DNA of 32,000 nucleotides from assembly GCA_020052615.1 (NCBI GenBank), contig JAGVOT010000122.1:1-32000 (forward strand). The letters run 5' to 3'. The position numbers and the translations under genes are program-made. The notes under the pieces were generated by a model. That model was given only the letters and a program-made list of their open reading frames with translations. It did not search any database and had not been told where the DNA came from. Positions within the stretch are counted from its first letter, which is position 1. Each line of letters starts with the position of its first letter. The stretch is from Nitrospirota bacterium (GTDB lineage Bacteria > Nitrospirota > UBA9217). This document shows, in pieces, positions 1 through 12,087 of the stretch.

Positions 1-3008
<3,008 letters not shown>

Positions 3009-3012
<4 letters not shown>

Positions 3013-3491
3013 CCAAAAAAGTCCCGATGACCAAAGAGGGCTACGACAAGATCAAGAAGGACCTCGACCACCTGATGAAGGTGGAGCGTCCGAAGAACAT
3101 CAGGGACATCGAGGAGGCCAGGGGCCACGGAGACCTCTCGGAGAACGCGGAATACCACGCGGCGAAGGAACGCCAGGGGCATATCGACGCCAAAAAACGC
3201 GAGTTGGAGTACAAGCTTTCCAACGCCCAGATCATCGATATCTCGAAGCTGACGAACGAAAAAGTGGTGTTCGGGGCGACGGTAACGCTCGCCGATACCG
3301 ATACGGGAGAAACGAAAAAGTACACGCTCATCGGCCAGGAAGAGGCGGACCTGAAAAAAGGGAAGATATCCGTGCAATCGCCGGTGGGCAAGGCGCTGAT
3401 CGGGCACAAGGTCGGCGATGTCGTGACGATCAAAACACCCGCCAAGACCGTGGAATACGAGATCCAGGAGATCGAGATTGCCGTCGAATAA
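3009..3491 (+). CDS. greA: Transcription elongation factor GreA
   Basis: 160 aa; [41 protein letters not shown] and C-terminal [21 protein letters not shown] are GreA hallmarks; 4-nt overlap with carB stop. Confidence 0.96.
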
Positions 3492-4296
3492 ACTGCACCG
3501 GGCAAAGGTCCTCCTGCACCGCCCCGCGGGGAGAGGGTACTACCGCCTTGTGCTGCTGGCGCCTGGCCTGGCCGCGGCGGCGGCTCCCGGCCACTTCGTC
3601 ATGCTCAGGGTCTCGGCGAACCTGGACCCGCTGCTCGCACGCCCCTTCGGCATTTCCTCGGTCATTGCGAAACGGTCCATAGAACTGTACTATCGCGTTG
3701 CGGGGAGGGGAACGACCCTGCTCACGGCCGTGGAGCCGGGACGGACGCTCGACCTGCTCGGTCCGCTCGGGAACGGCTTCCCGGTCCCGGACAGGGCGGC
3801 AACACCTCTGCTGGTGGCCGGGGGCAGCGGCTTTCCTCCGCTTCTTTACTTTTCCTCCCGGTACGGAAAACAGGCACGCCTCTTTGTCGGGTCCCGGGAC
3901 AAAGAGTGCCTGCCGCCTGCCGCCGTGATGAAGGACCTTCGCTCACGGACAAAGGCAGTTCATTACGCCACCGAGGACGGAAGCCGGGGGGCCTGCGGCT
4001 TCGTGACCGATACCCTGGCAGCCTACCTTGCCCGTCCCGCGGCCGGCGAGTCGCCGGTGATCTACGCCTGCGGCCCGAACGCCATGCTCGCGTCGGTAAG
4101 CAGGCTGGCAGCGGAGCATTCCATTCCCTGCTATGTCTCGTTGGAGGAACGCATGGCCTGCGGCCTGGGAGTGTGCATGGGCTGCTCGGTGTCCATGAAG
4201 TCGGGCGGCTACAAGCGTGTCTGCAAGGAAGGGCCGGTGTTCGATTCGCGGGAGATCGACTGGGGCGGGAAAACGATCTTGCAGGTGGGAAGGTAA
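3478..4296 (+). CDS. pyrK: Dihydroorotate dehydrogenase electron transfer subunit (PyrK-like, ferredoxin reductase fold)
   Basis: ARPFGISS, VAGGSGFPPLLYF, CGPNAML and C-terminal cluster CGLGVCMGCSV...C; sits directly upstream of pyrD. The exact start is uncertain because it overlaps greA. Confidence 0.88.
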   Translation: MPSNKLHRAKVLLHRPAGRGYYRLVLLAPGLAAAAAPGHFVMLRVSANLDPLLARPFGISSVIAKRSIELYYRVAGRGTTLLTAVEPGRTLDLLGPLGNGFPVPDRAATPLLVAGGSGFPPLLYFSSRYGKQARLFVGSRDKECLPPAAVMKDLRSRTKAVHYATEDGSRGACGFVTDTLAAYLARPAAGESPVIYACGPNAMLASVSRLAAEHSIPCYVSLEERMACGLGVCMGCSVSMKSGGYKRVCKEGPVFDSREIDWGGKTILQVGR

Positions 4297-4304
4297 CAAA
4301 AGCA

Positions 4305-4390
4305 GAAGGTAGGAGGGTAGGAAGGAAAGAAGGCAAGACAAGTTGTTATTGAAGTTTCCTGCCTTCTTACGTTCTTACCATCTTACCATC
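4305..4390. repeat. Imperfect long inverted repeat, 33-nt arms (4305-4337 / 4358-4390), 20-nt loop
   Basis: Left arm GAAGGTAGGAGGGTAGGAAGGAAAGAAGGCAAG; right arm reverse-complements to GATGGTAAGATGGTAAGAACGTAAGAAGGCAGG: 26/33 identical, plus 2 further positions that could form G-U. Confidence 0.75.
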
Positions 4391-4414
4391 GTCCTTGTTT
4401 GCTGACGCATACCT

Positions 4415-5350
4415 ATGCCATCAAAAAAGAAAACAAAGCCCGACCTCTCGGTGGACTTCGCCGGGATCAGGCTCAAGAACCCCGTGCTGACCGCGTCGGG
4501 GACCTTCGGGTACGGCGAGGAGTTTGCCGATATCATCGACCTGAACCGGCTGGGCGGCGTGATCGTCAAGGGTATTTCGCTCAAACCGATCACGGGCAAT
4601 CCGCCGCCGCGCATCTGGGAGACGCCGTCGGGCATGCTGAACGCCATCGGGCTCGAGAACCCGGGCGTGGACGTCTTTCTCCGGGACAAGCTTCCCTTCC
4701 TCCGGAACTATGATATCGCTGTCCTCGTGAACATATTCGGGTACTGCCTCGAGGACTACGTGGGCGTTGCCGAGCGGCTTGACGGCGTCCCCGGCGTGTC
4801 AGGCCTCGAGGTGAACATATCCTGCCCCAACGTGAAGGCCGGCGGCATCGTGTTCGGCACGGATCTCAAGGCGGCCTTCGAACTGCTCTCGGCGGTCCGC
4901 AAGGCCACCCGGCTGCCGGTCATCGCCAAGCTTTCTCCGAACGTGACGGACATCACCGCGTTCGCGAGAACGGCCCGCGACGCGGGGTGCGACGGGCTTT
5001 CGCTCATCAACACGCTCCTCGGCATGGCCATCGACATCCGGAGCAGACGGCCGAGGCTGGCGAACTGCACCGGGGGACTGTCGGGCCCGGCGATCCGGCC
5101 GGTCGCCGTTCGCATGGTCTGGCAGGCGGCAAAGGCGGTGGACCTCCCTCTCATCGGCATGGGCGGCATCATGACCCATGAGGACGCCCTCGAGTTCATC
5201 CTCGCGGGGGCGTCGGCCGTGGCCGTGGGGACGGCGAACTTCGTCAATCCCCGCGCGACACTGGACATCATCGGGGGCATGGAAGCCTTCCTCGTGCAGG
5301 AAGGCATCGGCAGCGTCAGGGAACTGGTGGGAAAGGTGTGCGTGGCATGA
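4415..5350 (+). CDS. pyrD: Dihydroorotate dehydrogenase, class 1B-like
   Basis: 311 aa; [73 protein letters not shown]-like motif, [12 protein letters not shown]. Confidence 0.96.
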   Translation: MPSKKKTKPDLSVDFAGIRLKNPVLTASGTFGYGEEFADIIDLNRLGGVIVKGISLKPITGNPPPRIWETPSGMLNAIGLENPGVDVFLRDKLPFLRNYDIAVLVNIFGYCLEDYVGVAERLDGVPGVSGLEVNISCPNVKAGGIVFGTDLKAAFELLSAVRKATRLPVIAKLSPNVTDITAFARTARDAGCDGLSLINTLLGMAIDIRSRRPRLANCTGGLSGPAIRPVAVRMVWQAAKAVDLPLIGMGGIMTHEDALEFILAGASAVAVGTANFVNPRATLDIIGGMEAFLVQEGIGSVRELVGKVCVA

Positions 5351-6834
5351 GGTTCGTCTCGAGCCTGAAAAGCAAGATCATCCTGGCGGTGTCCGCGATC
5401 CTGGCGGTCATCATCGGGACCGGCACGTGGATCAACATCGGGTACCAGCGGTCCCAGATGGAGGGCGCCCTCGAGGACAACGTCCTGATCATTGCCAACA
5501 CGATCGAGAAGAGCCTGGACAACGCCATGCTTGACGGGAAGAGCAAGGAGGTGCAGCATATCCTCGAAGCCGTCGGGACCTATCATAATATCCAGGAGCT
5601 GAAGATCTTCAGCCCCAACGGCGTGATCCTGAAGGCCTCAAAGCCCGGTCTCATCGGCAGAAAAGTGGACGGCACGACCCAGAAGTGGTATCTCGAGGGC
5701 AAGTTCAAGCGGCCCATCAAGCGCCGCGACGAGGGCGTCTTCTCCGTGCTGTTCCCCATCGAGAACACGGAACGGTGCTTTCACTGTCACGGCTCCAAGG
5801 CGAAACTGAACGGCATCCTGTCCGTGGACGTGTCCATGGCGCAGACGCAGGCGAAGGTCGGCGAGCTCAGCAAGACCATGGTCCTCTGGGCCTTCGGCAT
5901 CACGGCGACGCTTGCCCTGTCGCTGGGCATGTTCCTGACCAGGTTCGTCACGAAGCCGATCCAGGACCTGATCGCCACCATGGAGCGTGCGGAGCGGGGG
6001 CTGGAGGCGCGGGTGCAGGTGAAGAGCTCCGACGACATCGGACGGCTGGGCGAGGCGTTCAATTCGCTCCTGTCCAAGCTGGAGCGGGCGCGCCGCCGCG
6101 TTGAACGGTATCATTACGAGCAGATGAAGAGGGCTGACCGCCTGGCGTCGATCGGCGAGATGGCGGCCGGCATCGCACACGAGATCAAGAACCCCCTTGC
6201 GGGCATTGCCGGCGTGATCCAGGTGCTGAAGAAGGACCTCCCGCCGGGGGAACCGAAGCGGGCCGTGCTGGACGAAGTGCTTTCCCAGGTGGAGCGCATG
6301 GACAAGGCCGTCCGAAACCTCCTGTCCTTCGCCCGGCCTCCGGAACCCAAGATGACCCTCGTGGATGTCAACGAACTCATCGCCAAACTGCTCGATTTTC
6401 TCGCTCCGCAGTTCGCGAAGCATGGGATCGCGGCGGAACGGAAGCTTAGCACGGGACTGCCCTGGCTCGCTCTGGACCCCGACCTGCTGCAGCAGGCCCT
6501 TCTGAACATCTCCCTGAACGCCATCAAGGCCATGCCCGAAGGAGGCAGCTTCTCCATTGAAACCCGGCTGGAACTGCCGGAAGGAACGGGTCAGGGCGCC
6601 ATCAGGATCATTTTCTCGGACACCGGCGAGGGGATCCTGCCGGAGAACCTGGGCAGAATATTCAGTCCGTTCTTTACGACGCGCCAACAGGGTACGGGGT
6701 TGGGACTGGCCATTACCCAGCGGATCGTCGAGCAGCATAATGGGGAGATCAGCGTGATGAGCACTCCGGGACGGGGGACTTCCTTCACGATCAGCCTCCC
6801 GTTGTCCGTGAGCGAGCAGGCACAAGGAGCGTAG
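5347..6834 (+). CDS. Membrane sensor histidine kinase (TM-sensor-TM-HAMP-HisKA-HATPase) with a CXXCH haem motif in the extracytoplasmic domain
   Basis: [15 protein letters not shown] just before TM2; HAMP; H-box [20 protein letters not shown]; N-box [14 protein letters not shown]; SDTGEGI; [13 protein letters not shown]. The supplied ORF starts at 5338; ATG at 5347 looks more natural. Confidence 0.94.
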   Translation: MRFVSSLKSKIILAVSAILAVIIGTGTWINIGYQRSQMEGALEDNVLIIANTIEKSLDNAMLDGKSKEVQHILEAVGTYHNIQELKIFSPNGVILKASKPGLIGRKVDGTTQKWYLEGKFKRPIKRRDEGVFSVLFPIENTERCFHCHGSKAKLNGILSVDVSMAQTQAKVGELSKTMVLWAFGITATLALSLGMFLTRFVTKPIQDLIATMERAERGLEARVQVKSSDDIGRLGEAFNSLLSKLERARRRVERYHYEQMKRADRLASIGEMAAGIAHEIKNPLAGIAGVIQVLKKDLPPGEPKRAVLDEVLSQVERMDKAVRNLLSFARPPEPKMTLVDVNELIAKLLDFLAPQFAKHGIAAERKLSTGLPWLALDPDLLQQALLNISLNAIKAMPEGGSFSIETRLELPEGTGQGAIRIIFSDTGEGILPENLGRIFSPFFTTRQQGTGLGLAITQRIVEQHNGEISVMSTPGRGTSFTISLPLSVSEQAQGA

Positions 6835-6839
6835 GGACT

Positions 6840-8207
6840 ATGCCGCAGAAGATCCTGGTCATTGATGATGAAAAACTGATCCGCTGGACCCTGGAACAGC
6901 ACCTTGCAAAGGAAGGGTTCGAGGTGGTGACCGCGGATTCCGCGGAGAAGGGGCTCGAGATCATCAATGAGGATGCTCCGGACCTCATCCTTCTCGATAA
7001 CCGCCTGCCGGAGATGACGGGTCTCGAGCTCCTGGAGCAGTTGAATGTGCCGGAGCGGGGCCTCATGGTCATCATGATCACCGCGTACGGGCTTGTGGAA
7101 ACAGCGGTCAGGGCGATGAAACTGGGCGCCTACGACTACATCAGCAAACCCTTTAACCTCGAAGAGATCACCTTCGTGATCCGGAAGGCCATGGAGGCGG
7201 GGTCGCTCCGGTACCAGGTAAGGCAGCTGCGGGACAAGGTCAACACGATCATCGGAGAGAGCGACCAGATGGTGCAGGTGAAGAACCTCATCCTCAAGAT
7301 CGCCAAGAGCGACGCGACGACGGTGCTGATCCAGGGTGAAAGCGGTACGGGGAAGGAACTGGTGGCCAAGGCGATCCATTACAGCAGCGCACGGGCCGAC
7401 AAGCCGTTCATGGCCATCAACTGCGCGGCGCTGCCGGTCACGCTGCTGGAGACCGAGCTCATGGGCCATGAAAAGGGGGCGTTCACCGACGCCAAGGCGG
7501 CAAAGAAAGGGCTGTTCGAACTTGCCGACGGCGGCACCCTGTTCCTTGACGAGATCGGCGACATGGACCTGAGCATGCAGGCCAAACTTCTGCGTATTCT
7601 CGAAGAAAAGACCTTTCGCAGGGTAGGGGGGGTCAAGGATATCAAGGTGGATGTACGGGTCATTTCCGCAACGAACCAGGATCTTTCGACTACCCGGAGC
7701 GACATCCGGTTCCGGAAGGACCTCTACTACCGACTTCAGGTGGTCCCCATCCTTCTGCCGCCGCTGCGGGAGCGGGGACAGGATGCACTTCTTCTCGCAC
7801 GGCATTTCACCGATTATTTCAGCCGGGAATGCCACAAGAGCGTCAAGGGGATATCCAAGGACGTGGAGCGTGTGCTGCTGTCCTACCACTGGCCGGGGAA
7901 CGTGCGGGAGCTCAAGAACGTCATCGAGCGGGCCATGATCTTCGATGTCGAACAGGAGCTCCTTCCGGAGCACATTCCCCAGGAGATCATGGAGTCCGGG
8001 ACGGTACCGGTCGTGCATGCTGAATCTGCCATCTCGCTGGATTGTCTCGTCATACCCGAGACGGGGATATCCATTGAGGATGTCGAGCATGCCTTGGTCA
8101 AGAAGGCACTGCAGATGGCAGGAGACAATCAGACGCGTGCGGCTCAGCTGCTCAGGATGCCCCGCGACGCGTTCCGGCGGAGGATGAAGCGGTTTGGACT
8201 GATCTGA
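6840..8207 (+). CDS. NtrC-family sigma-54 dependent response regulator
   Basis: Receiver KILVIDDEKLIRWTLEQ...LILLDNRLPEMTG; AAA+ GESGTGKELVAKAIHYSS, GAFTDAKAAKKGLFELADGGTLFLDEIGD; C-terminal Fis-type HTH (AAQLLRMPRDAFRRRMKRF). Confidence 0.96.
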   Translation: MPQKILVIDDEKLIRWTLEQHLAKEGFEVVTADSAEKGLEIINEDAPDLILLDNRLPEMTGLELLEQLNVPERGLMVIMITAYGLVETAVRAMKLGAYDYISKPFNLEEITFVIRKAMEAGSLRYQVRQLRDKVNTIIGESDQMVQVKNLILKIAKSDATTVLIQGESGTGKELVAKAIHYSSARADKPFMAINCAALPVTLLETELMGHEKGAFTDAKAAKKGLFELADGGTLFLDEIGDMDLSMQAKLLRILEEKTFRRVGGVKDIKVDVRVISATNQDLSTTRSDIRFRKDLYYRLQVVPILLPPLRERGQDALLLARHFTDYFSRECHKSVKGISKDVERVLLSYHWPGNVRELKNVIERAMIFDVEQELLPEHIPQEIMESGTVPVVHAESAISLDCLVIPETGISIEDVEHALVKKALQMAGDNQTRAAQLLRMPRDAFRRRMKRFGLI

Positions 8208-8449
8208 GGGAGGTGAATGCCGTCGCAGGCACGTCCGCACGGCCGCTTGCTCAGCAGATCACTCTGGCATTTCCACCGGCATGACGAAACTACAAACAGA
8301 TCGATCCTCATTGATCTGTTATCTGTTCATCTCCCGATGATATATCGATGGATTCGCAGTCCCTTCCCTGGAACATCGAACACCGCGACGATCCCGCGCC
8401 ATACTTCCCGTCATGCAGTTTCTTGAAGGCTTCTGAAGACTCTCAAAAT

Positions 8450-8566
8450 GTCATTGCGAGGAGCGCTTTCGCTAGCCTGCCCCGGCATGGTTCAAGCAGG
8501 GGCGGCAATCTTGCAGGTATGGATTTCTTTCAAGCCGAGATTGCTTCGCTTTGCTCGCAAAGACGG
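8450..8566. repeat. Candidate dispersed non-coding repeat with degenerate inverted ends
   Basis: Begins GTCATTGCGAGGAGCG... and ends GAGATTGCTTCGCTTTGCTCGCAAAGAC, which reverse-complements to GTCTTTGCGAGCAAAGCGAAGCAATCTC. Confidence 0.55.
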
Positions 8567-8642
8567 CAATAGGACCTATATCGTGACCTGCTGCACAATC
8601 GTGTTCCGTTGCGCGTTCGCTTTAAAGAGGTCCGATGAAAGG

Positions 8643-9428
8643 TCAGTTCAGGTCGGGATGGCATCTTCTGCAATCCTGGATGGGGAAGGCGACGGTGAGG
8701 TGGCAGACGCCGCAGAATTTACCATTCTTGATGTAGTCCATGCGAAAGTGCTTGGTCCCTTTTTTCTGGATATTGAAGATGTCGGGATGGCAGTCGGCGC
8801 AGTCGAGCCATTCGGTGTGCTTCTGATGGGGGAACGAAGCACGCGTCTTGACCATGCGCCATTCCGGTTCAAGGCGGAGGTTCTTGTCAAAAGGGAGGGA
8901 CTCAAAATCCGGATTGAAGAGGCTCTGTTTTGGCTTGATAAGGCCAATTTTCAGGGCCTTGACCCAGTTGATCCGGTCTCCATACCGGGCCCTGGGAAAA
9001 TCCTGCAGCTCTTTGAACCGCGCGTCCGAGGAACCGACGTTGCCCGTATGGCAGGTCTTGCAGGTTTGTTCCGTTATCCCGAAGGCGATCTTGCCGTTAT
9101 GACACGCCCCGCAGTATTCGCCTTTCCGGATCTTCGCATCGGTCATGTCCGTGGCGTTCGTCTTCATCGCGAAGTTCAGTTCGAAATGGCATACGCGGCA
9201 GGTGAAACGCCGCCGGTGGACCCAGTGGGAAAAGGCCACCGGCGGGTGGGTGCTGCTGAACGTGAGCCTGCTGATGAGGACATTCCCGTACTGCGAGGGA
9301 GGAAGGAGCGCGGGAAGGCTCCAGACCGTGTCGAACTGGGTCCCCCGCACCGGTTCCCTGCTGTCGCTCATGCAGGAAAACGAACTTCCCGCAAGCAACA
9401 GGGCAAGGACAATGACTATCGTTCGCAT
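8643..9428 (-). CDS. Hexahaem c-type cytochrome, exported (paralogue of the 9482-10273 product)
   Basis: Six CXXCH: CRVCH, CGACH, CKTCH, CADCH, CGVCH, CRRCH. N-terminus MRTIVIVLALLLAGSSFSC; start moved to the internal ATG at 9428, with an AGGAA-type SD just upstream on the minus strand. Confidence 0.9.
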   Translation of the reverse strand: MRTIVIVLALLLAGSSFSCMSDSREPVRGTQFDTVWSLPALLPPSQYGNVLISRLTFSSTHPPVAFSHWVHRRRFTCRVCHFELNFAMKTNATDMTDAKIRKGEYCGACHNGKIAFGITEQTCKTCHTGNVGSSDARFKELQDFPRARYGDRINWVKALKIGLIKPKQSLFNPDFESLPFDKNLRLEPEWRMVKTRASFPHQKHTEWLDCADCHPDIFNIQKKGTKHFRMDYIKNGKFCGVCHLTVAFPIQDCRRCHPDLN

Positions 9429-9481
9429 GCGTTCCTTTGTTCGTGAGACCGCCTCTTCATGCCCGGAGTGTCCCGAATGGA

Positions 9482-10273
9482 TCAATAGACCTCTTTCAGA
9501 TGACAGAGCTGACAGTCATAGAACGGGAACGCGACCTTGGCGTGACAGCTGCCGCAATACTTGCCGGCGAAGATGTCCTGCATATTGTACTTGGTGGCGC
9601 CCTTCTTGGCTCCGAAGATCTCGGGATGGCAGAGTTCGCATCCGTTGATGTCGGCGTGGATCTTGTGGGAGAAGATGATGTCCGGCATGCCGAGGATCGT
9701 GGACTTGATGTCGAAGTCCTTTGGCCGGGGAATGTCCTGCCGCTTGATGGAAATTCCTTCGACCTGGTCGCTGAGCTTGATGAGGTTCTTGTCAGCGGCC
9801 TTCATCCAGTCGACCCGGTTGCCGAACCGTGCCGGCGGGAAGCCCTTCAGGAATTCGTTGAAATCCTTCTGGTTCTTCACGTCCTTGCCGTAGGAGTGGC
9901 AGCGTTCGCAGTTCTGGACCTCGGTTACCAGCTTTTCCCGCGTTGTGGGACCGAAGGCCTCTTTGCCGTTATGGCAAGACCCGCAGTACAGGTGGTTCGT
10001 GTTGTCGGCTTCCCTGATATCGCTGCCGCCGGCCTCCATTGCGAATCCGAGATCGACATGGCAGACCCTGCAGGTGTATTTGGCCCGATGGATCCAGTGT
10101 TTGAATACGACCGGCGCGATGTTGTTCTTCTCGGAATAGTTATTGATGATGACATTGCCGAACTCTTCGGGCCGCGGCATTCTCTTCTTCGTGCCGAAGC
10201 TGCTGGTGGCGGCGATGCCTATGGATGCGAACACGAACAACAGTAGAGCGATGATCAGGACTTTGCGATTCAT
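9482..10273 (-). CDS. Hexahaem c-type cytochrome, exported
   Basis: Six CXXCH: CRVCH, CGSCH, CERCH, CELCH, CGSCH, CQLCH. Signal peptide MNRKVLIIALLLFVFASIGIAA. Confidence 0.92.
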   Translation of the reverse strand: MNRKVLIIALLLFVFASIGIAATSSFGTKKRMPRPEEFGNVIINNYSEKNNIAPVVFKHWIHRAKYTCRVCHVDLGFAMEAGGSDIREADNTNHLYCGSCHNGKEAFGPTTREKLVTEVQNCERCHSYGKDVKNQKDFNEFLKGFPPARFGNRVDWMKAADKNLIKLSDQVEGISIKRQDIPRPKDFDIKSTILGMPDIIFSHKIHADINGCELCHPEIFGAKKGATKYNMQDIFAGKYCGSCHAKVAFPFYDCQLCHLKEVY

Positions 10274-10412
10274 TTTGTGGTTCTCCTTCCTAATTGCCTA
10301 ATTGGTGCGGCGTGATAACGTGAACACGATCAATTGTCGGGCAGGACGCTGGGGCCCGGCGCGCAGACTCCCGTGATGCGGATACGAAAATGCCTTATGC
10401 TCCTTTAAAAGA

Positions 10413-10549
10413 TCTTTGACACTGAAGACCCTGAGAACGGCTATGATAACTGCGGATACATCGATTCATTATCATGCCTCTTCATAAGAAGTCATCCGCC
10501 ACTTCTGTGTCAAAGAATCCAGGATCCTGATTTTCTTTGACACGGAAGA
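10413..10549. promoter_or_regulatory. Three-copy motif TCTTTGACACNGAAGA (10413-10428 direct, 10503-10517 inverted, 10533-10549 direct) that could form alternative hairpins
   Basis: 10503-10517 TTCTGTGTCAAAGAA and 10533-10547 TTCTTTGACACGGAA are complementary with one mismatch over 15 nt; the loop contains the palindrome CAGGATCCTG. 10413-10428 TCTTTGACACTGAAGA is a further direct copy. Confidence 0.55.
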
Positions 10550-10551
10550 TA

Positions 10552-12012
10552 CTATCGATGGCAGTGCTGGCACAGATCGGCGGGCTTTTCCGCCTTATAC
10601 CGGAAAAGGCCTTTCCAGTCGGAGCTGTGCGCATTATGGCAGCTGATGCAGGCCATGGTCCTGTTGGCGCGTTTCGGATCGTCCACCTTGTCGATCGGAT
10701 GGCCGGATTTCCCGCCTTTCGGCTTTACCTTGATGTCGCCGGGAAGGGGCGTGTCCGGGTGCTGGCCGTTGAACGCGCTGCTGTGGCACTTCCGGCACAT
10801 GTCATTGCCTTCGGCTTTCGCGAGGCCCTTGAACGGAGAGGTATGGTTGCCGTGGCAATCGAAGCATCTGCCGTCGGCGACGGGTTTGTGCACATACTTG
10901 CCCGTGAACCCTTCCGTGCTGTGGCACGTATAGCAGAGGTCGGGGGACTTCCCGATGAGGAGCTTCTGGGACTGGCTCTGATGGGACGAGTGACAACTGC
11001 TGCACATGCCGATCTTGAAAGGACCGTGCTTTTCCCTGCCCATGAGCTCTTCGTTCATATGGCATTCAAAACAGAGCCCCGGGGTAGATTTGGTCAGCAG
11101 GAACTTTGATTTCGCATTATGCGCCTTGTGGCACGTGGTGCACCGTCCGCCTGCAACGGGCTTGTGGCCGTATTTGCCGCCGGTGAAGGATTTTTTATCG
11201 TGGCATTTATAGCAGAGCTCAGGCTGCTTTGCCTGCAGGAGCTTTTCCGTCCGGGACTGGTGCGAACTGTGACAGGACAGGCAATTTCCCTGGGCAACGG
11301 GTTCGTGAATGATACCGCTTGTGTATGCATTCTTGTCGTGGCAGGTGTAGCAGAGCCCCGGCGATTCCGCGACGAGGAGGTCCTTTGCATTCTGCGAATG
11401 GGGATTGTGGCAGGCGGTGCACTTGCCCGAAATGACCGGCTGGTGCTGCATCGCGGTCTTGTCGGCGATGCTCGCCCGGTCATGGCATCTGAAGCACAAC
11501 TCGGGCATGTTGAACGTCAGCAGCTTCTCATTGTTGTCCGAGCTGTGCGCGTCGTGGCAGAACCCGCACAGGGCGGCAGCGGTCGGGAAGTGGATGTTCT
11601 TCCTGGCCGAGATGTTCTTGTCGTGGCACTTGTAGCAGAGATCGGGCATGGCGGTGCTGAGCAGGCGGACGTTGTTGGAGGAATGCGGGTTGTGGCAGCC
11701 GGTGCATTTCCCCGTGGTTACCGGTTTGTGCTGGTAGCGCCTCAGGAACAGCGACCTGCTGTGGCAATCATAACAGAGGTCGGGCTGTTCGGACTTGAGG
11801 GAGAGAACGCCCTTGTTCGTGCCTCCCGCATGGGGCGCGACATGGCAGACACCGCAGCCTTTTTTCATGGCCCCGTGCAGCACCCTGCCTTTGCTCATTG
11901 CCTGGTGGCACTTGTTGCAGTCCTCATCGGCAGCGAAGGCGACCTCCGCGAACAGGAGCATTGCGGCAGCGCAGAGGAACGCTGATACTATCGGAAGGTT
12001 CTTGAAGTTCAT
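10552..12012 (-). CDS. Multihaem c-type cytochrome with 19 CXXCH motifs (doubled-CXXCH repeat type), exported
   Basis: Signal peptide MNFKNLPIVSAFLCAAAMLLFAEVAFA; 19 CXXCH counted, arranged in repeats of the form LCYxCHxxx...HxPVxxGxCxxCHxxHxS. The supplied ORF starts at a GTG (12033); ATG at 12012 gives a cleaner signal peptide. Confidence 0.95.
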   Translation of the reverse strand: MNFKNLPIVSAFLCAAAMLLFAEVAFAADEDCNKCHQAMSKGRVLHGAMKKGCGVCHVAPHAGGTNKGVLSLKSEQPDLCYDCHSRSLFLRRYQHKPVTTGKCTGCHNPHSSNNVRLLSTAMPDLCYKCHDKNISARKNIHFPTAAALCGFCHDAHSSDNNEKLLTFNMPELCFRCHDRASIADKTAMQHQPVISGKCTACHNPHSQNAKDLLVAESPGLCYTCHDKNAYTSGIIHEPVAQGNCLSCHSSHQSRTEKLLQAKQPELCYKCHDKKSFTGGKYGHKPVAGGRCTTCHKAHNAKSKFLLTKSTPGLCFECHMNEELMGREKHGPFKIGMCSSCHSSHQSQSQKLLIGKSPDLCYTCHSTEGFTGKYVHKPVADGRCFDCHGNHTSPFKGLAKAEGNDMCRKCHSSAFNGQHPDTPLPGDIKVKPKGGKSGHPIDKVDDPKRANRTMACISCHNAHSSDWKGLFRYKAEKPADLCQHCHR

Positions 12013-12054
12013 AGGTTTTGTCCGAAAAGCCACGAAAGTCTATCAGAATATACG

Positions 12055-12087
12055 AAAAAAATCAAATGGTTCGCCCGATCATTTGAT
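12055..12087 (-). terminator. Candidate rho-independent terminator overlapping the stop codon of the TPR gene
   Basis: Minus strand reads ATCAAATG-atcgggcgaac-CATTTGAT-TTTTTTCG: perfect 8-bp stem followed by a T run. Confidence 0.5.

Noticed and set aside
10537-11985. Plus-strand ORFs across the 19-haem cytochrome (10537-11109, 11119-11985)
   Set aside because: Antisense to a CXXCH-rich gene; repeat-derived translations without domain features.
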